From Candidatus Heimdallarchaeota archaeon (GTDB lineage Archaea; Asgardarchaeota; Heimdallarchaeia; JABLTI01), in contig JAHLVW010000074.1 in NCBI GenBank assembly GCA_019058275.1, positions 1 through 64,000 of the forward strand: a stretch of 64,000 nt of DNA, given 5' to 3'. Positions 1 through 10,133 of this stretch are shown piece after piece. The notes under the pieces were generated by a model. The model was not told where the DNA came from. It made no database searches and was given only the letters and a program-made list of their open reading frames with translations. The stretch's first letter is position 1; every line of letters begins with the position of its first letter. The position numbers were made by a program, and so were the translations under genes.

Positions 1-664
1 ACAAATTTTGCAGCAATTTCTTTGTCTTCCTGCAAGACTTTTAATCCCTCATCTATGAATCGTCCTTCACCCTTAAGAAGGATCAGAGAATCTTTTCTAA
101 TACTGAGTTGTTCCTGACCTTCACTGCTAATACTGATATCCTCGGGATTGGCTTCAGGAGCTAATCGAAATTCATACTTCGCACCCTTAGGAGTGGCTTG
201 GTAATAAAGATCAATCCCTTTCCATAAGTCGTTATATAGTATTGCTTCGAAGCTTCTCACGTTAGTGTAAGTTCCTCGATTACCAAGAAAGTAGTTACTC
301 CTTGTTATGAGTTCTTCTACACCAATTGGTGAAATTTTTCGAGCTCCTATGAAGTTGAGAGTAATTATACTTTCCATCCCCTCCATCCAGAGCATAACTT
401 TGCTTTCACCGAAAGCTATTCTCCCATTTGGAAGTGAACCATAGAAAATTATTTCTTCGTTTCCTAATTGTCCTTGATTTTCAAGGAATGAACTTTTGAA
501 TCTTTTATTAACTTCTTCAGCTATTTCTTGCTCACTTAAAGAAACAGATTGATTATCACTATCTCTTTGAATATTTGTTCTTTCAACAAACTGTCCTCTA
601 ACAGTTACTATACTAATTAAAATCAAACAAATTAACATCATATTCATTATTCTTTTTGGCACAT
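1..664 (-). CDS. Secreted SBBP/beta-propeller-repeat-type protein, N-terminal part (runs off the window; not in the ORF track)
   Basis: Manual translation: MCQKRIMNMMLICLILISIVTVRG (signal peptide)...FLENQGQ...SNYFLGN...LWKGIDLYY...KYEFRLAPEANPEDI, the typical N-terminal domain of SBBP-repeat proteins. GGAGG RBS upstream. Confidence 0.7.
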
Positions 665-792
665 TGCTCCCTCCAAGCAATAAAACCTAAAATCAAATTT
701 CTTTGACTAAATATAATACTTCTATTATTCTCATAAAAGTTTCTGCCAATAATTGCTATTTTTCTTGTAAATTTCACGAATTAATTTACATT

Positions 793-1019
793 TTATTCCT
801 GATAAGCATAATACTTTCTAATATTTTCCATTCCCTTCTCATCTGGGTAAAACTCGTTATATCCACAATCCATACAAGTATATGCTTCAATGTTACAGAG
901 CGCCAATCGGATATCATAAAATAGACGCTTCCATGTGTGCTGCTTCTAGTCTTCAAAGGTCCAGCTATTTTTATTGACCCACACTTTGGGCATGCTCCTG
1001 TTTTTTTCATTTGATTCAT
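793..1019 (-). pseudogene. Small zinc-ribbon protein, frameshifted near 889
   Basis: CPKCGS lies in one frame. The second knuckle EAYTCMDCGYNEFY lies in a shifted frame ending at TAA 793-795. Confidence 0.7.
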
Positions 1020-1172
1020 ATTTGTTTGAGAAATACAGTTATTTAATTAAATGCAAATTCTTCCTTTCTCAATATATTACAAAAAATACTATCCATAAAT
1101 ACCAACAACTACTAAAAAGTTCTCTTTTACTAAAAAATTATATATTTGTTAGATTTGTTTTGTGAATTTGAT

Positions 1173-2432
1173 ATGACTGTAATTAAACATCATGATTTGA
1201 TTGTAAAAATAGATCCTTATTTTGGAACTTTAAGTTGCACTGATATTATTGAATTTGAAAACTTGAAGAAGGACATTGAGATATATTTAGGAAAACGCTT
1301 CAATTTTATCAATATTTACCAAAAACAAAATGAGGTTCAATACAAGGAAATTGAAGAAGGAAAAATAGCTAAAAAATATTTAATTAAAAATCTTGATACA
1401 CAACATAATAAAATAACTTTTGAATGGACAGGCAAACTAGATAGTTTTGAAGGTTATAGAGTTAGTATAATTAGATCTGATGTTGTAGAATTATCCGGTT
1501 TTTGCGGATGGTTTCCAACAATAAAACCCTCATCTCAGCTAGAGAAATTCACTTACAACATTGATATTAAACTTCCTGCTAATTGAAAGGTTATAGTTCC
1601 TGGTGAAAAAAAATCTGCAAAAACAAAAGATTTTCGAAGATTTGAATATAAGAATCGTTTAGTTCAGGATATTGTTATCTGTTCATCGCCTTATTATAAA
1701 GAGTATTCCAAAGGAAAAGTAACCTATATTGTTCCCGATTGGTCAAAAGAAGATGTTGAGATTTTACTTGATGATTACGAGAAAGTAGTAACTAAATGTG
1801 AAGAACTATTTAGTAAAATGATTCCAGGCACCGGTGGGACTGCTGTTATTTCTCCTCGAAAAGATGGTGAGGAATGGGCTTATAAGCGAGGAAACATCTG
1901 GGTTGTAGGAGATAATTTTGCTCGATATTGGTTAAAAAACAACCAAATTATCCATGGTTTAACTAAATCTTTAGCAGCTCATGAATCAATTCATGCTTGG
2001 TTTGGTATTGGAGTAGAATTTGAAGAGGATTGGTTAGCAGAAGCAATAACTCAATATTTGGAAGTAATTGTTACATCATTAATTTATGATGAGCATGATT
2101 TACCTGAGAAATATTTCAAATGGTACCAAGAAAGGGTAATGAATACATTAGAGAAGGAAGATAAAGCAATCGCTGATTTCATTATTACTGAAAATACCTA
2201 TATTTATTGGTATCTCAAAGGTTCTTGGTCATTCTGGGATTTTGAGCATAAATTTGGAAGAGCAAAAGTATTTGATTTTCTTTCATCAATCTTTAAAAAA
2301 TTTAAAAATAAGTCTATTAATTATGAAACTTTTAAAAAAGAAGCTAAATTATACTTCAATGAAGATTTAGAATCATTTTTTGATCATTGGTTCTTAAATA
2401 ATGGATTTAAACCAAAATTCCTAGCTTTTTGA
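1173..2432 (+). pseudogene. M1-family (gluzincin) aminopeptidase-like gene interrupted by an in-frame TGA at 1584-1586
   Basis: ORFs 1146-1586 and 1818-2432 are in the same frame with an open stretch between them. Motifs GWFP, LPAN*KVIVPG, AHESIHAWFG (HExxH), WLAEAITQY and YLKG. Confidence 0.8.
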
Positions 2433-2514
2433 AGAAAAATTCATCAATAAAATTCTTTTTTAATGGTAATATAATGAATTTATACTATCTTCAATTATTA
2501 GTGGTGACCTTAGT

Positions 2515-4152
2515 ATGATGGATTCAGATGAAAGAAATATTGAACTTCTTATTAAACAGTTAAAGGAAGGTGAGGAAATCGACCTTCGTTGTATTGCTGC
2601 AGAAAAGTTAGGCAACAAACAAGATCATTTTGATATTATTATTCCTGCGTTAGTTGAAGGACTTAATGATGATAATTGGCTTGTACGTGTTGAAATTGCA
2701 AAATCCCTAGGACGTCTAGGTCAGAATGCTCTTACTGCTATTGAACCATTAAAGAAAGCTATGAATGAACCTCGTAATAGAGCAAAGAGGGGACACTTCT
2801 ATGAGATTATTACTGGTTTGGAGCAGATAAAGGCTAGTGGACCCGAAATTACTCCCGAACCTGTTATTGAAGAACAAAAGATTGTTGAAGAAATTCCGGA
2901 GGAGCCTATTGAAGATAAACCAACCGAAGAGATTACTGAAAGAGTTCCAGAAGAAGAAGTTGTTGGAGAAGATATTGAAGAAATCGTTGAAGACATCGCA
3001 GACGATCTTCCAGAGGACGCAACAGATGATACAATTATCAAAGAAGCAATAGAGGAAATCACTGAAGAAGTACTTGAAGATGTCATTGAAGATTCTGTTG
3101 ATGATTCCGTAGATGAGGATGTCATAGAAGATATTGCCAAAGACATCGCTGAGGGAATTGCTCAGGAAGTTGTTGAACTTGAAAAGAAGATCGAAGAGGA
3201 AAAGGAAGATGAATCATTAAGTGATTCTGAAGAATTAGAGGTCATGGAAGAGGTTCTAGAAGAAACTATTGAAGATACACTTGAAGATCTTATAGAGGAA
3301 GTTGTTGAAGACTCTGTTGACGAAGATGTTATTGAGGAGCTTGCAGAGGATATAGCAGAAAAGGTTATTGATATAACTGAGGAAGAGGCTGAAGAAGTTA
3401 TAGAAGCACCTACATCCGATGTAGTTGAAGAACCTGTAACTGGAGAAATGACAGAGGAAATTGTAAGTGAAGAAGTTCCACTTGATGAAGTTCTAGTCTT
3501 TAAAGAAGATGAGGAAGAGGAAAAAAAAGCTCCCTCTAAACCTATAGCAAGTGATGACTTACCTGCTGAACTAGATGTTCCTATAAAGAAAATGGTAAAA
3601 ACGCTCCTAAAAGTTGTTCTTGTTGGAGATGAAGCAGTTGGAAAAACAACCCTCAGAAAGGGTTATTGTGACACAGGATTTAGTTCAGAATATAAAGAAA
3701 TTATAGGAGCTGATTTTGCTTCTAAACAACTTGAAGTGAAAGATGAGAAGTTTGTTTTGCAAGTTTGGGATATCGCTGCAAAAGAACGTTTTAGATTTAA
3801 CAAAGAACTTTATTTCAGAGGATTAATTGGAGCATTACTAGTTTTTGATGTTTCAAACAAGGAATCTTACAATAATGTTGCTAAATGGCTTGTTGATATT
3901 GTCACAGTGGAAAATAAAGAATTAGCACTGGTTCTTGTTGGTAATAAAATTGATTTACGAGGAAACATAGATTTAGAATGTACGAGTTTTAATGATGGGC
4001 AAGAACTAGCTGCAAAACTTTCAACTAAATCTGGTTTTGAAATCCCATATATAGAAACTTCTGCATTAACAGGAGCAGCTGTTGAACAATCATTTCAGAT
4101 GCTAACAGATAGAGCAACTGTAATATATTTCAAACTAAAAGATAAAATGTAG
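2515..4152 (+). CDS. HEAT-repeat / acidic low-complexity / Rab-like small GTPase fusion
   Basis: N-terminal PBS-HEAT repeats, an E/D-rich linker of about 230 aa, and C-terminal GDEAVGKTT, IGADF, WDIAAKERF, NKID and ETSA motifs. Confidence 0.9.
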   Translation: MMDSDERNIELLIKQLKEGEEIDLRCIAAEKLGNKQDHFDIIIPALVEGLNDDNWLVRVEIAKSLGRLGQNALTAIEPLKKAMNEPRNRAKRGHFYEIITGLEQIKASGPEITPEPVIEEQKIVEEIPEEPIEDKPTEEITERVPEEEVVGEDIEEIVEDIADDLPEDATDDTIIKEAIEEITEEVLEDVIEDSVDDSVDEDVIEDIAKDIAEGIAQEVVELEKKIEEEKEDESLSDSEELEVMEEVLEETIEDTLEDLIEEVVEDSVDEDVIEELAEDIAEKVIDITEEEAEEVIEAPTSDVVEEPVTGEMTEEIVSEEVPLDEVLVFKEDEEEEKKAPSKPIASDDLPAELDVPIKKMVKTLLKVVLVGDEAVGKTTLRKGYCDTGFSSEYKEIIGADFASKQLEVKDEKFVLQVWDIAAKERFRFNKELYFRGLIGALLVFDVSNKESYNNVAKWLVDIVTVENKELALVLVGNKIDLRGNIDLECTSFNDGQELAAKLSTKSGFEIPYIETSALTGAAVEQSFQMLTDRATVIYFKLKDKM

Positions 4153-4522
4153 AATGACAAGAGCTATTTCATGTAAGATATTTATCAATTAAAATAAAAT
4201 ATCTCCAGAAAGTTTCTTTGTCAATTCATTTATTTCATTTTCGATAGTATTTGATCCTCCGGAATCATCCCATTCATTTCATTTGCTGCTTTCTTTAGTG
4301 AAGCTATCAATTTTTGAAAATCCTTTTCTCGTACAAACATATGGCTGTCTTTTTTGCATTTATTTTAAAAATTTCTCGAGATAAATCCTGTTTTTGGTCC
4401 ACTTTAGTCACAACTTGTGACCTCATCTTGAGTCTCTTAGTTGAGTTCCAAAAAAGTGAATCCACTTTATATATGAAATAACTAGTATGTTATTCAAGAA
4501 CAAAACTTGGAGAAGAAAAAAA

Positions 4523-4609
4523 ATGAACAAAAAACAAGAAATCAAACAACAAATCAAGAAGGAATTCGAGCAAACCAGAATGAAATTCGCTTTAATTGCT
4601 GGTGCTTAG
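4523..4609 (+). CDS. 28-aa peptide MNKKQEIKQQIKKEFEQTRMKFALIAGA
   Basis: GGAG RBS, TATA-like TTTATATA at about 4466, and paralogy to 4689-4772 with synonymous codon divergence. Confidence 0.8.
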   Translation: MNKKQEIKQQIKKEFEQTRMKFALIAGA

Positions 4610-4688
4610 CTGGTCACAACTTGCCAGACAGGTATTATAGAGTGACCAATTATAAAGAATTACAATAACAAAAAAGGTGAAGAAAAAA

Positions 4689-4772
4689 ATGAACAAAAGA
4701 GACCTAAAGAAAAGAATTCAACAAGATAAAGAAAGAGCCAGAATGAAATTCGCACTTATCGTTGGAGCATAA
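4689..4772 (+). CDS. 27-aa peptide MNKRDLKKRIQQDKERARMKFALIVGA
   Basis: GGTGA RBS; paralogue of 4523-4609. Confidence 0.8.
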   Translation: MNKRDLKKRIQQDKERARMKFALIVGA

Positions 4773-4804
4773 TTCAACATCTATCCTGACATAAAGGGAT
4801 GGTA

Positions 4805-4851
4805 GTTCAAGATTCAGTTCTTGAACACCCAATATTCATTCTGGTTTTTTT
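4805..4851 (+). terminator. Hairpin plus T-tract after the peptide pair
   Basis: GTTCAAGA-N6-TCTTGAAC perfect stem, followed downstream by a poly-T run. Confidence 0.5.
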
Positions 4852-4873
4852 ATGTACTAGCTACTTTTACTTT

Positions 4874-5368
4874 TCAAGAAATTTTGTATCCTATTTTCTC
4901 GGTAAGTTCTCTTCGTTCCATCTTCTGTTCAGTTGTTTCAATTTTGTCTACTGCAGTTCCATCGACGACTCCTATTACTGCCCTTCCTAGGTCGGTTTCA
5001 GCTATTATTACTTCCATTTCGTTTGCTGAAGCAACAAAGATCGTGCATACTGCTGGATGATTCTTTACGTGTGGCAATACATTTAATGGAAATGCTTTTT
5101 CCATCATTATCACAAATAAATGACTTGCACCTATTGCTAATGCATTTTTAGCAGCTAATTTTTCTAATTCTGGATCATTTGCTGTTACTCTGGTTAATTT
5201 GGGTACTGCTTCATTCATTGCAACTGCACATTTTATTCCGGGAACTGTAGTTAACATCGTCATAAACAAATTATCTGTTGTAAAAATCGAGAAATTTGCT
5301 TGACCAATTATTACTTGATATTTGATTTCAGGATTTTCTATTTTTACACCCACAGTTTTTATTGTCAT
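4874..5368 (-). CDS. Adenosine-specific kinase (Ta1353/DUF355) family protein
   Basis: IIGQANF, AMNEA...RVTAND, HLFVIMM..AFPLNVL and RAVIGVVDG motifs. Confidence 0.85.
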   Translation of the reverse strand: MTIKTVGVKIENPEIKYQVIIGQANFSIFTTDNLFMTMLTTVPGIKCAVAMNEAVPKLTRVTANDPELEKLAAKNALAIGASHLFVIMMEKAFPLNVLPHVKNHPAVCTIFVASANEMEVIIAETDLGRAVIGVVDGTAVDKIETTEQKMERRELTEKIGYKIS

Positions 5369-5546
5369 TTCATATTCTCCTTTTGTTTCTTTTTTACAAT
5401 TGTTTTCTAATAATTAAATCATTTTTGCTTTTAATCGGTTTAATCGTAAGTGAAATTACTTAAGTTTATGATTATTTTATTAAGTGATGGTTTATTTAAT
5501 AAGTATATAAGATATTAATTGTTATTAGTAAGTAGAGGAATGTAGT

Positions 5547-5996
5547 ATGTCAGACGTTAATAAAAGAGAGTTTATTGCATTACCAATAGACTATTGTTAC
5601 TTTGATCGTAACAGATATGATAAACTACATTCTGACCTTCCAACTGAGATAATAAGCTATAGAAAGTATGAAAATGGTCAAATGAGGGTACATTTTACTA
5701 CAAAATCGTCTGAAAAAGGAAAAGAACCCGAAGAAAGACAACATTTATTGTGGATTCAATTAATTGAAATTGATAAAACTCAATATGTAAAATATCGATG
5801 TGATTGCAAGTATTTTGAGTATAGACAGTTACGTGTAGCCAAAAGGTTGTTTGATTTACAGGAAATCAACAATGACCTTTGTGCAGTAGTAGATCCAAAA
5901 TCCTTCGTTGAACAGAAAAGATTGTTTAACATTGACAAACATGCATTTCTTGCTTTGCAAGAGTTATTTAACATTCACATTCAAATTTCAATATAA
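5547..5996 (+). CDS. Hypothetical protein with a degenerate SWIM-like zinc finger
   Basis: YRCDCKYFEYR...IDKH pattern; GAGG RBS. Confidence 0.6.
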   Translation: MSDVNKREFIALPIDYCYFDRNRYDKLHSDLPTEIISYRKYENGQMRVHFTTKSSEKGKEPEERQHLLWIQLIEIDKTQYVKYRCDCKYFEYRQLRVAKRLFDLQEINNDLCAVVDPKSFVEQKRLFNIDKHAFLALQELFNIHIQISI

Positions 5997-6128
5997 GTTT
6001 TCACTAAATTTATATGTTTAAGAGAAATTTGCAAAATTTGACAATAAAGACAAATTAATAAAACAGAATTACTAAATTTATTTGTATTAAAGAAATATTT
6101 TGCCTTATGAAGATCTGGAAGTGAAGAT

Positions 6129-6872
6129 TTGACAGAAGACATAGAACTTGAAGTAAAGAAATTACGTATCCTAACTGCAAATAATGTACTAAACACTTAT
6201 CCATACCTTAGCGGTAAGCTTAGAGGTGTTTACAAAGTTTGTATAACAGGTAACTCTGGTAGCGGAAAAACAACCATGATTAGATGCTTTGATCCTGAAG
6301 CTCATGGAAGAGAAGTGCCTAGATATTTCTATGTTGATTATGAGATGCTTAAGAAAAACCCAGATCTTTTCCCTGAATCAAATACTGCTACTCAAACTTT
6401 TGATTTCACTGTTGTAGCCTTGTTATTAGATGGAGATAGTAAAGCAGAAATAATCAAATTTAGTGAAATATCAGAAGAAATTATAGAGCAGAAGAAAGTT
6501 AAATGGGTCACTATTTTTTACCTATTTGGTACTCCAGGACAATGGCGATTTAAAGACATTCGTGCATTTGCCGAGCGAAGATCTGATGGAGTTATCTTTA
6601 TCATCGATCCAATTGATTCTAAACTCAAAGAGAATTTTGAAGATTTCAGAGAACAAGTAATCAAAAATGTTGAGCGAAAAGTTCCAATTATCTATGCAAT
6701 TAACAAACAGGATTTACCCAATGTATTTGGTGCTAAAGAATTAACAGCTGAATTAAAGCTTTCTGAAAAAGAGCTTTTTGATATGTCAGCACTCAAATGC
6801 CAAAATATTGCTAAACCCATTATTGCTTTGATTAAGAAGATGCAGGAAGAAGAACTTGGTAAAAAGAAATAG
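6129..6872 (+). CDS. Small GTPase (MglA/Arf-like)
   Basis: GNSGSGKTT, TQTFDF, LFGTPGQWRF, NKQD and MSA motifs. Confidence 0.85.
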   Translation: MTEDIELEVKKLRILTANNVLNTYPYLSGKLRGVYKVCITGNSGSGKTTMIRCFDPEAHGREVPRYFYVDYEMLKKNPDLFPESNTATQTFDFTVVALLLDGDSKAEIIKFSEISEEIIEQKKVKWVTIFYLFGTPGQWRFKDIRAFAERRSDGVIFIIDPIDSKLKENFEDFREQVIKNVERKVPIIYAINKQDLPNVFGAKELTAELKLSEKELFDMSALKCQNIAKPIIALIKKMQEEELGKKK

Positions 6873-7021
6873 AGCTTTTTACCTTTTTTTACCCTATTTT
6901 ATTTTATGATATGTTGTTTCATTTAAACTAAGTGCTAAAATTTATTAAAACTCATGATTTAGAGGTTTCAAAAGATAATTAAAACCAGGTTGTACCGGTT
7001 ATATTAGGAGCGAAATATGAA

Positions 7022-7363
7022 ATGTCTATGGAATTCTGTGATGAATGTGGTTCAATGCTTACGCCAAAAAAAGTAGATGGTAAAGTTATTATGGATTGCC
7101 CGAAATGCGGTGAAGGAAGAGAGCTAGCTAAAAAAGACCAAGTGCTCAAACAAAAAGTGAAAAGAGAAAAAGAGGAAACAATGGTAGTAATAGAGAACCC
7201 TGATGAAATAAACACTATGCCAACAAAAAGAATGAGGTGCCCAAAATGTACCATTGTTGTTGATATACAATATTGGGCGGTTCAAACGCGCAGTGGAGAC
7301 GAAGCAGCAACAAGATTTTATCGATGCACTAAGTGCAAGCACACGTGGCGAGAATATGATTGA
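7022..7363 (+). CDS. tfs: Transcription elongation factor TFS
   Basis: Two zinc ribbons; QTRSGDE acidic hairpin; RCTKCKHTWRE. Confidence 0.95.
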   Translation: MSMEFCDECGSMLTPKKVDGKVIMDCPKCGEGRELAKKDQVLKQKVKREKEETMVVIENPDEINTMPTKRMRCPKCTIVVDIQYWAVQTRSGDEAATRFYRCTKCKHTWREYD

Positions 7364-7388
7364 TTTTTATGATCAACTAACCTTTTTC

Positions 7389-7967
7389 TTATTCATTTGT
7401 CGCTTCAGCTAATGCAATTAGTCTTGCAACACGTACTGGTTCAGGCATTCTTCCAGCAATTGTTATTTCTTTTAATAATTGAGCTAAAGCTTCTTCATTC
7501 ATATTCACGTATTGCACATAAATTGGTTCTTCATTTGATGAAGAAATCATTGGTTTTGGTGGTCCGTTTTTCATTATGATTTGATACCTTTCTTCTCCGT
7601 TTGGTAAATTCTTTAGAGCAGCATGAATAGTTTCTAAATCAGGTTCTCTATCAACGACAGATATAACAGATAAATCCGTTAAATCATTTAGCTTTGTTTG
7701 ATCGATGTAATTGAAACCTGCTATTGTTACTCCCCTTGTCATAATTAATTTTAGTTGTTGATAATGACTGCTTTGTTTTATCATTTTAGCTATTCTATCT
7801 GTCGCGTCTTCACCATCGACAGTAACTTTTGTTTTCAAAACACCTTCCAGAAGTAGTGATCCTCTATAAATTGCCCCAATTACAGTCACCAATGTATCTT
7901 TTTCTCTGTTAAATGGTGAACAAGCAATTCCAATGATTTTTATTCCCTTTTTGAATTGTTGATTCAA
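7389..7967 (-). CDS. DUF99 (endonuclease V-like) protein
   Basis: VDGEDAT, GVTIAGFN and GRMPEPVRVA motifs; usual csl4-rpoL neighbourhood. Confidence 0.85.
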   Translation of the reverse strand: MNQQFKKGIKIIGIACSPFNREKDTLVTVIGAIYRGSLLLEGVLKTKVTVDGEDATDRIAKMIKQSSHYQQLKLIMTRGVTIAGFNYIDQTKLNDLTDLSVISVVDREPDLETIHAALKNLPNGEERYQIIMKNGPPKPMISSSNEEPIYVQYVNMNEEALAQLLKEITIAGRMPEPVRVARLIALAEATNE

Positions 7968-8005
7968 AAAAACACCAATTTTAAATGCTTTTTTCTAGTT
8001 AATAA

Positions 8006-8437
8006 TTACTCCTTCATTCGTTCCATTATTTCTAACATTGCCTTTTTGAATGCCTCAATCATGGCTTCTCTTTCCACTTTTCTATCACTTAAATCTGCAA
8101 AATCAGACCGTTTTAATGTTGATTCAACAATTTCCGTCAGCTCATCTATTGTAATTAAACCATGTAAGTAACCATACCCGATTAATGCTTCAACTCCATC
8201 ACCTAAATCACCTGATGATGAATTTGATGGCATAAGCTTTCTAAGACCAATTTGCCGTAAAGATTCTGCTAGTGCTTTATCAAAAACTCTTTCACCTACA
8301 GGTTTTCCTACGACATTTGTTTTGGCTCGAGAGTATAGAAAATTCGTTAATGCGTCTCCAAATTTGGCTAAGCCATGATTTCTCATTATTCTTCGCAGAT
8401 CATTTTTTTGTGATTCAGGAGTTTTGTTATCTTTCAT
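8006..8437 (-). CDS. Archaeal RNase III-like domain protein
   Basis: GLAKFGDALTNFLYS and GDGVEALIGY motifs. Confidence 0.85.
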   Translation of the reverse strand: MKDNKTPESQKNDLRRIMRNHGLAKFGDALTNFLYSRAKTNVVGKPVGERVFDKALAESLRQIGLRKLMPSNSSSGDLGDGVEALIGYGYLHGLITIDELTEIVESTLKRSDFADLSDRKVEREAMIEAFKKAMLEIMERMKE

Positions 8438-8540
8438 TTATAGCAACTATCCCATGACAATTTAACTAGGTATTTCTCTAAAAATAATTCGAAATAATAC
8501 TACTTTAAGAGATTCTTTATAGATAAGAAATGAAAAAATC

Positions 8541-8831
8541 TTAGGCAGCCTTTTCTAAAAGTTTGTAAAAATCATTTGCAGCTTTTGTAAGGTCTCTGCA
8601 AGCAGTTCGTACAGCTTTGTCAAGTTTCTTTTTTGGAACAGCTTTTATTACAAGTTTTGCTTTTTCAACAAAAGGATGTTCTTTCATGTATCCTGCAGAA
8701 TCAACATCTTTAACGTCACTCAAGAATTCTCTTATCAAGTTTGCAAATGTATGACCTTCTCCTAGAATTTCCATTGTTAGTTCTTTATCTTCATCGTATT
8801 CCATTATTTTTACTTGCATTTTAATTGTCAC
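8541..8831 (-). CDS. rpoL: RNA polymerase subunit Rpo11 (L)
   Basis: GEGHTFANL and AGYMKEHP motifs. Confidence 0.95.
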   Translation of the reverse strand: MTIKMQVKIMEYDEDKELTMEILGEGHTFANLIREFLSDVKDVDSAGYMKEHPFVEKAKLVIKAVPKKKLDKAVRTACRDLTKAANDFYKLLEKAA

Positions 8832-8913
8832 ACCAAGCTTGTTTAGACATATTTTATAATAAATATTCTCAACTAATGCTTTCCAGTTTTGGTTAATCCT
8901 TTAGTTCTTTCGG

Positions 8914-9531
8914 TTATTTTGCTATCTTTAGACACTTTTCAATTGCTTGTTTTGGTTCAACGACCAGATTTAATCTATCTAATTCATCTTTGGTAACTAT
9001 TTTTGCTTTTTTGGCTATTTCAACAGCACTTTCAGCTGTCATATCTTTAGCTACAGCAATTGTGATGATTACATCTCTTAGGCTACTTGTAGCCACCTCA
9101 TAAGGTATTTCATTCAATGTTTTATCTAAAATTGTAATCGTTTTTATCAGGGACTTGTAATCAATTTTTGCTATTATTGAACCATTCTTTCTTGTTGATT
9201 CGAATCCTTTTATATCCAAAATTTGCAATAATGGGACTACTGGAAATGTCTTACCTGTTGTTTTTGAGAGAAATTCAATATCGTAAACATAAAAATCGTT
9301 ACTGTCAGGATACAGCATTCCACAAATGTTTTGGTGCATTTTCTTCGCAAGATCAAGTGCTTCTTTCAGATTATCTTTTGAACCCTCAAATCGAATATTT
9401 ACTTTACCTGGGAAATAATCAGCTATGATATCAACTATTTTGATTTGTTTTTGTAATGCTTCAAGAAACAGTATTGCTTCATTTGTAGTTGATACATTCA
9501 AAACCATTTCTTTTGATCTCCACCTTGCCAT
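8914..9531 (-). CDS. DUF2067-like conserved archaeal protein
   Basis: Length, N-terminal pattern and position between csl4 and rpoL. Confidence 0.6.
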   Translation of the reverse strand: MARWRSKEMVLNVSTTNEAILFLEALQKQIKIVDIIADYFPGKVNIRFEGSKDNLKEALDLAKKMHQNICGMLYPDSNDFYVYDIEFLSKTTGKTFPVVPLLQILDIKGFESTRKNGSIIAKIDYKSLIKTITILDKTLNEIPYEVATSSLRDVIITIAVAKDMTAESAVEIAKKAKIVTKDELDRLNLVVEPKQAIEKCLKIAK

Positions 9532-9566
9532 ATTATTTCTCCACCTTAAAAGAAAAAAGTTGAGAG

Positions 9567-10133
9567 CTAAAGTCTAGCTCTTCCGTAGTCTTCTGCCACT
9601 TTTCTTGGTTCAATACTACCACAGTTATCGCATTTGAGAGTTCCTCTTCTGAGGTATCTTAATCGTTCTCCACAATTGCTACATAGTGCATAAATGATGC
9701 CTAGTTCATTATAAGTTGTTGTAAATTGTAATGGAATTGTATGAGCATCCACTATTTTTCCTCTTATAATATCGCCTTCTTTAATGGCATCAAACATTGA
9801 ATCAAGATAAGATCTTGTGCATTGTGATATATGCATTATTGCAGAATATGAAGGTTCTACTGGCTGACTATTTAGGTATTTTACTGCAATAGCTGTCATG
9901 TGTTTATTTACATTTTCTGCTTGCCCTATAACTACATCGCCCTTTTTGGGAACTAATGGTTTTCTTACTTTAGGAAAGATATTTACAGTTCGTTTCTTTT
10001 TATCCATAAAAACTGTGCCAGTAACATTTGCATAAATTAATCCACTAGCTGCATACGTTCCTTCTCCAGGCAATGCTTCTTCGATATTACAAATGTTATC
10101 TCCTGGAAGAAGAAATTCGCCATTGCTTAACAT
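9567..10133 (-). CDS. csl4: Exosome RNA-binding subunit Csl4
   Basis: LPGD..EEALPGEG, S1 domain, C-terminal CSNC...CDNC zinc ribbon and RKVA. Confidence 0.95.
   Translation of the reverse strand: MLSNGEFLLPGDNICNIEEALPGEGTYAASGLIYANVTGTVFMDKKKRTVNIFPKVRKPLVPKKGDVVIGQAENVNKHMTAIAVKYLNSQPVEPSYSAIMHISQCTRSYLDSMFDAIKEGDIIRGKIVDAHTIPLQFTTTYNELGIIYALCSNCGERLRYLRRGTLKCDNCGSIEPRKVAEDYGRARL

Noticed and set aside
1584-1586. In-frame TGA as selenocysteine or genome-wide TGA recoding
   Set aside because: The position fits Trp rather than a redox Cys, no SECIS was recognised, and TGA terminates conserved genes here (PCNA, TFS).
2799-3146. Ser-rich minus-strand ORF and other short overlapping ORFs
   Set aside because: Antisense or alternate-frame shadows of well-supported genes.
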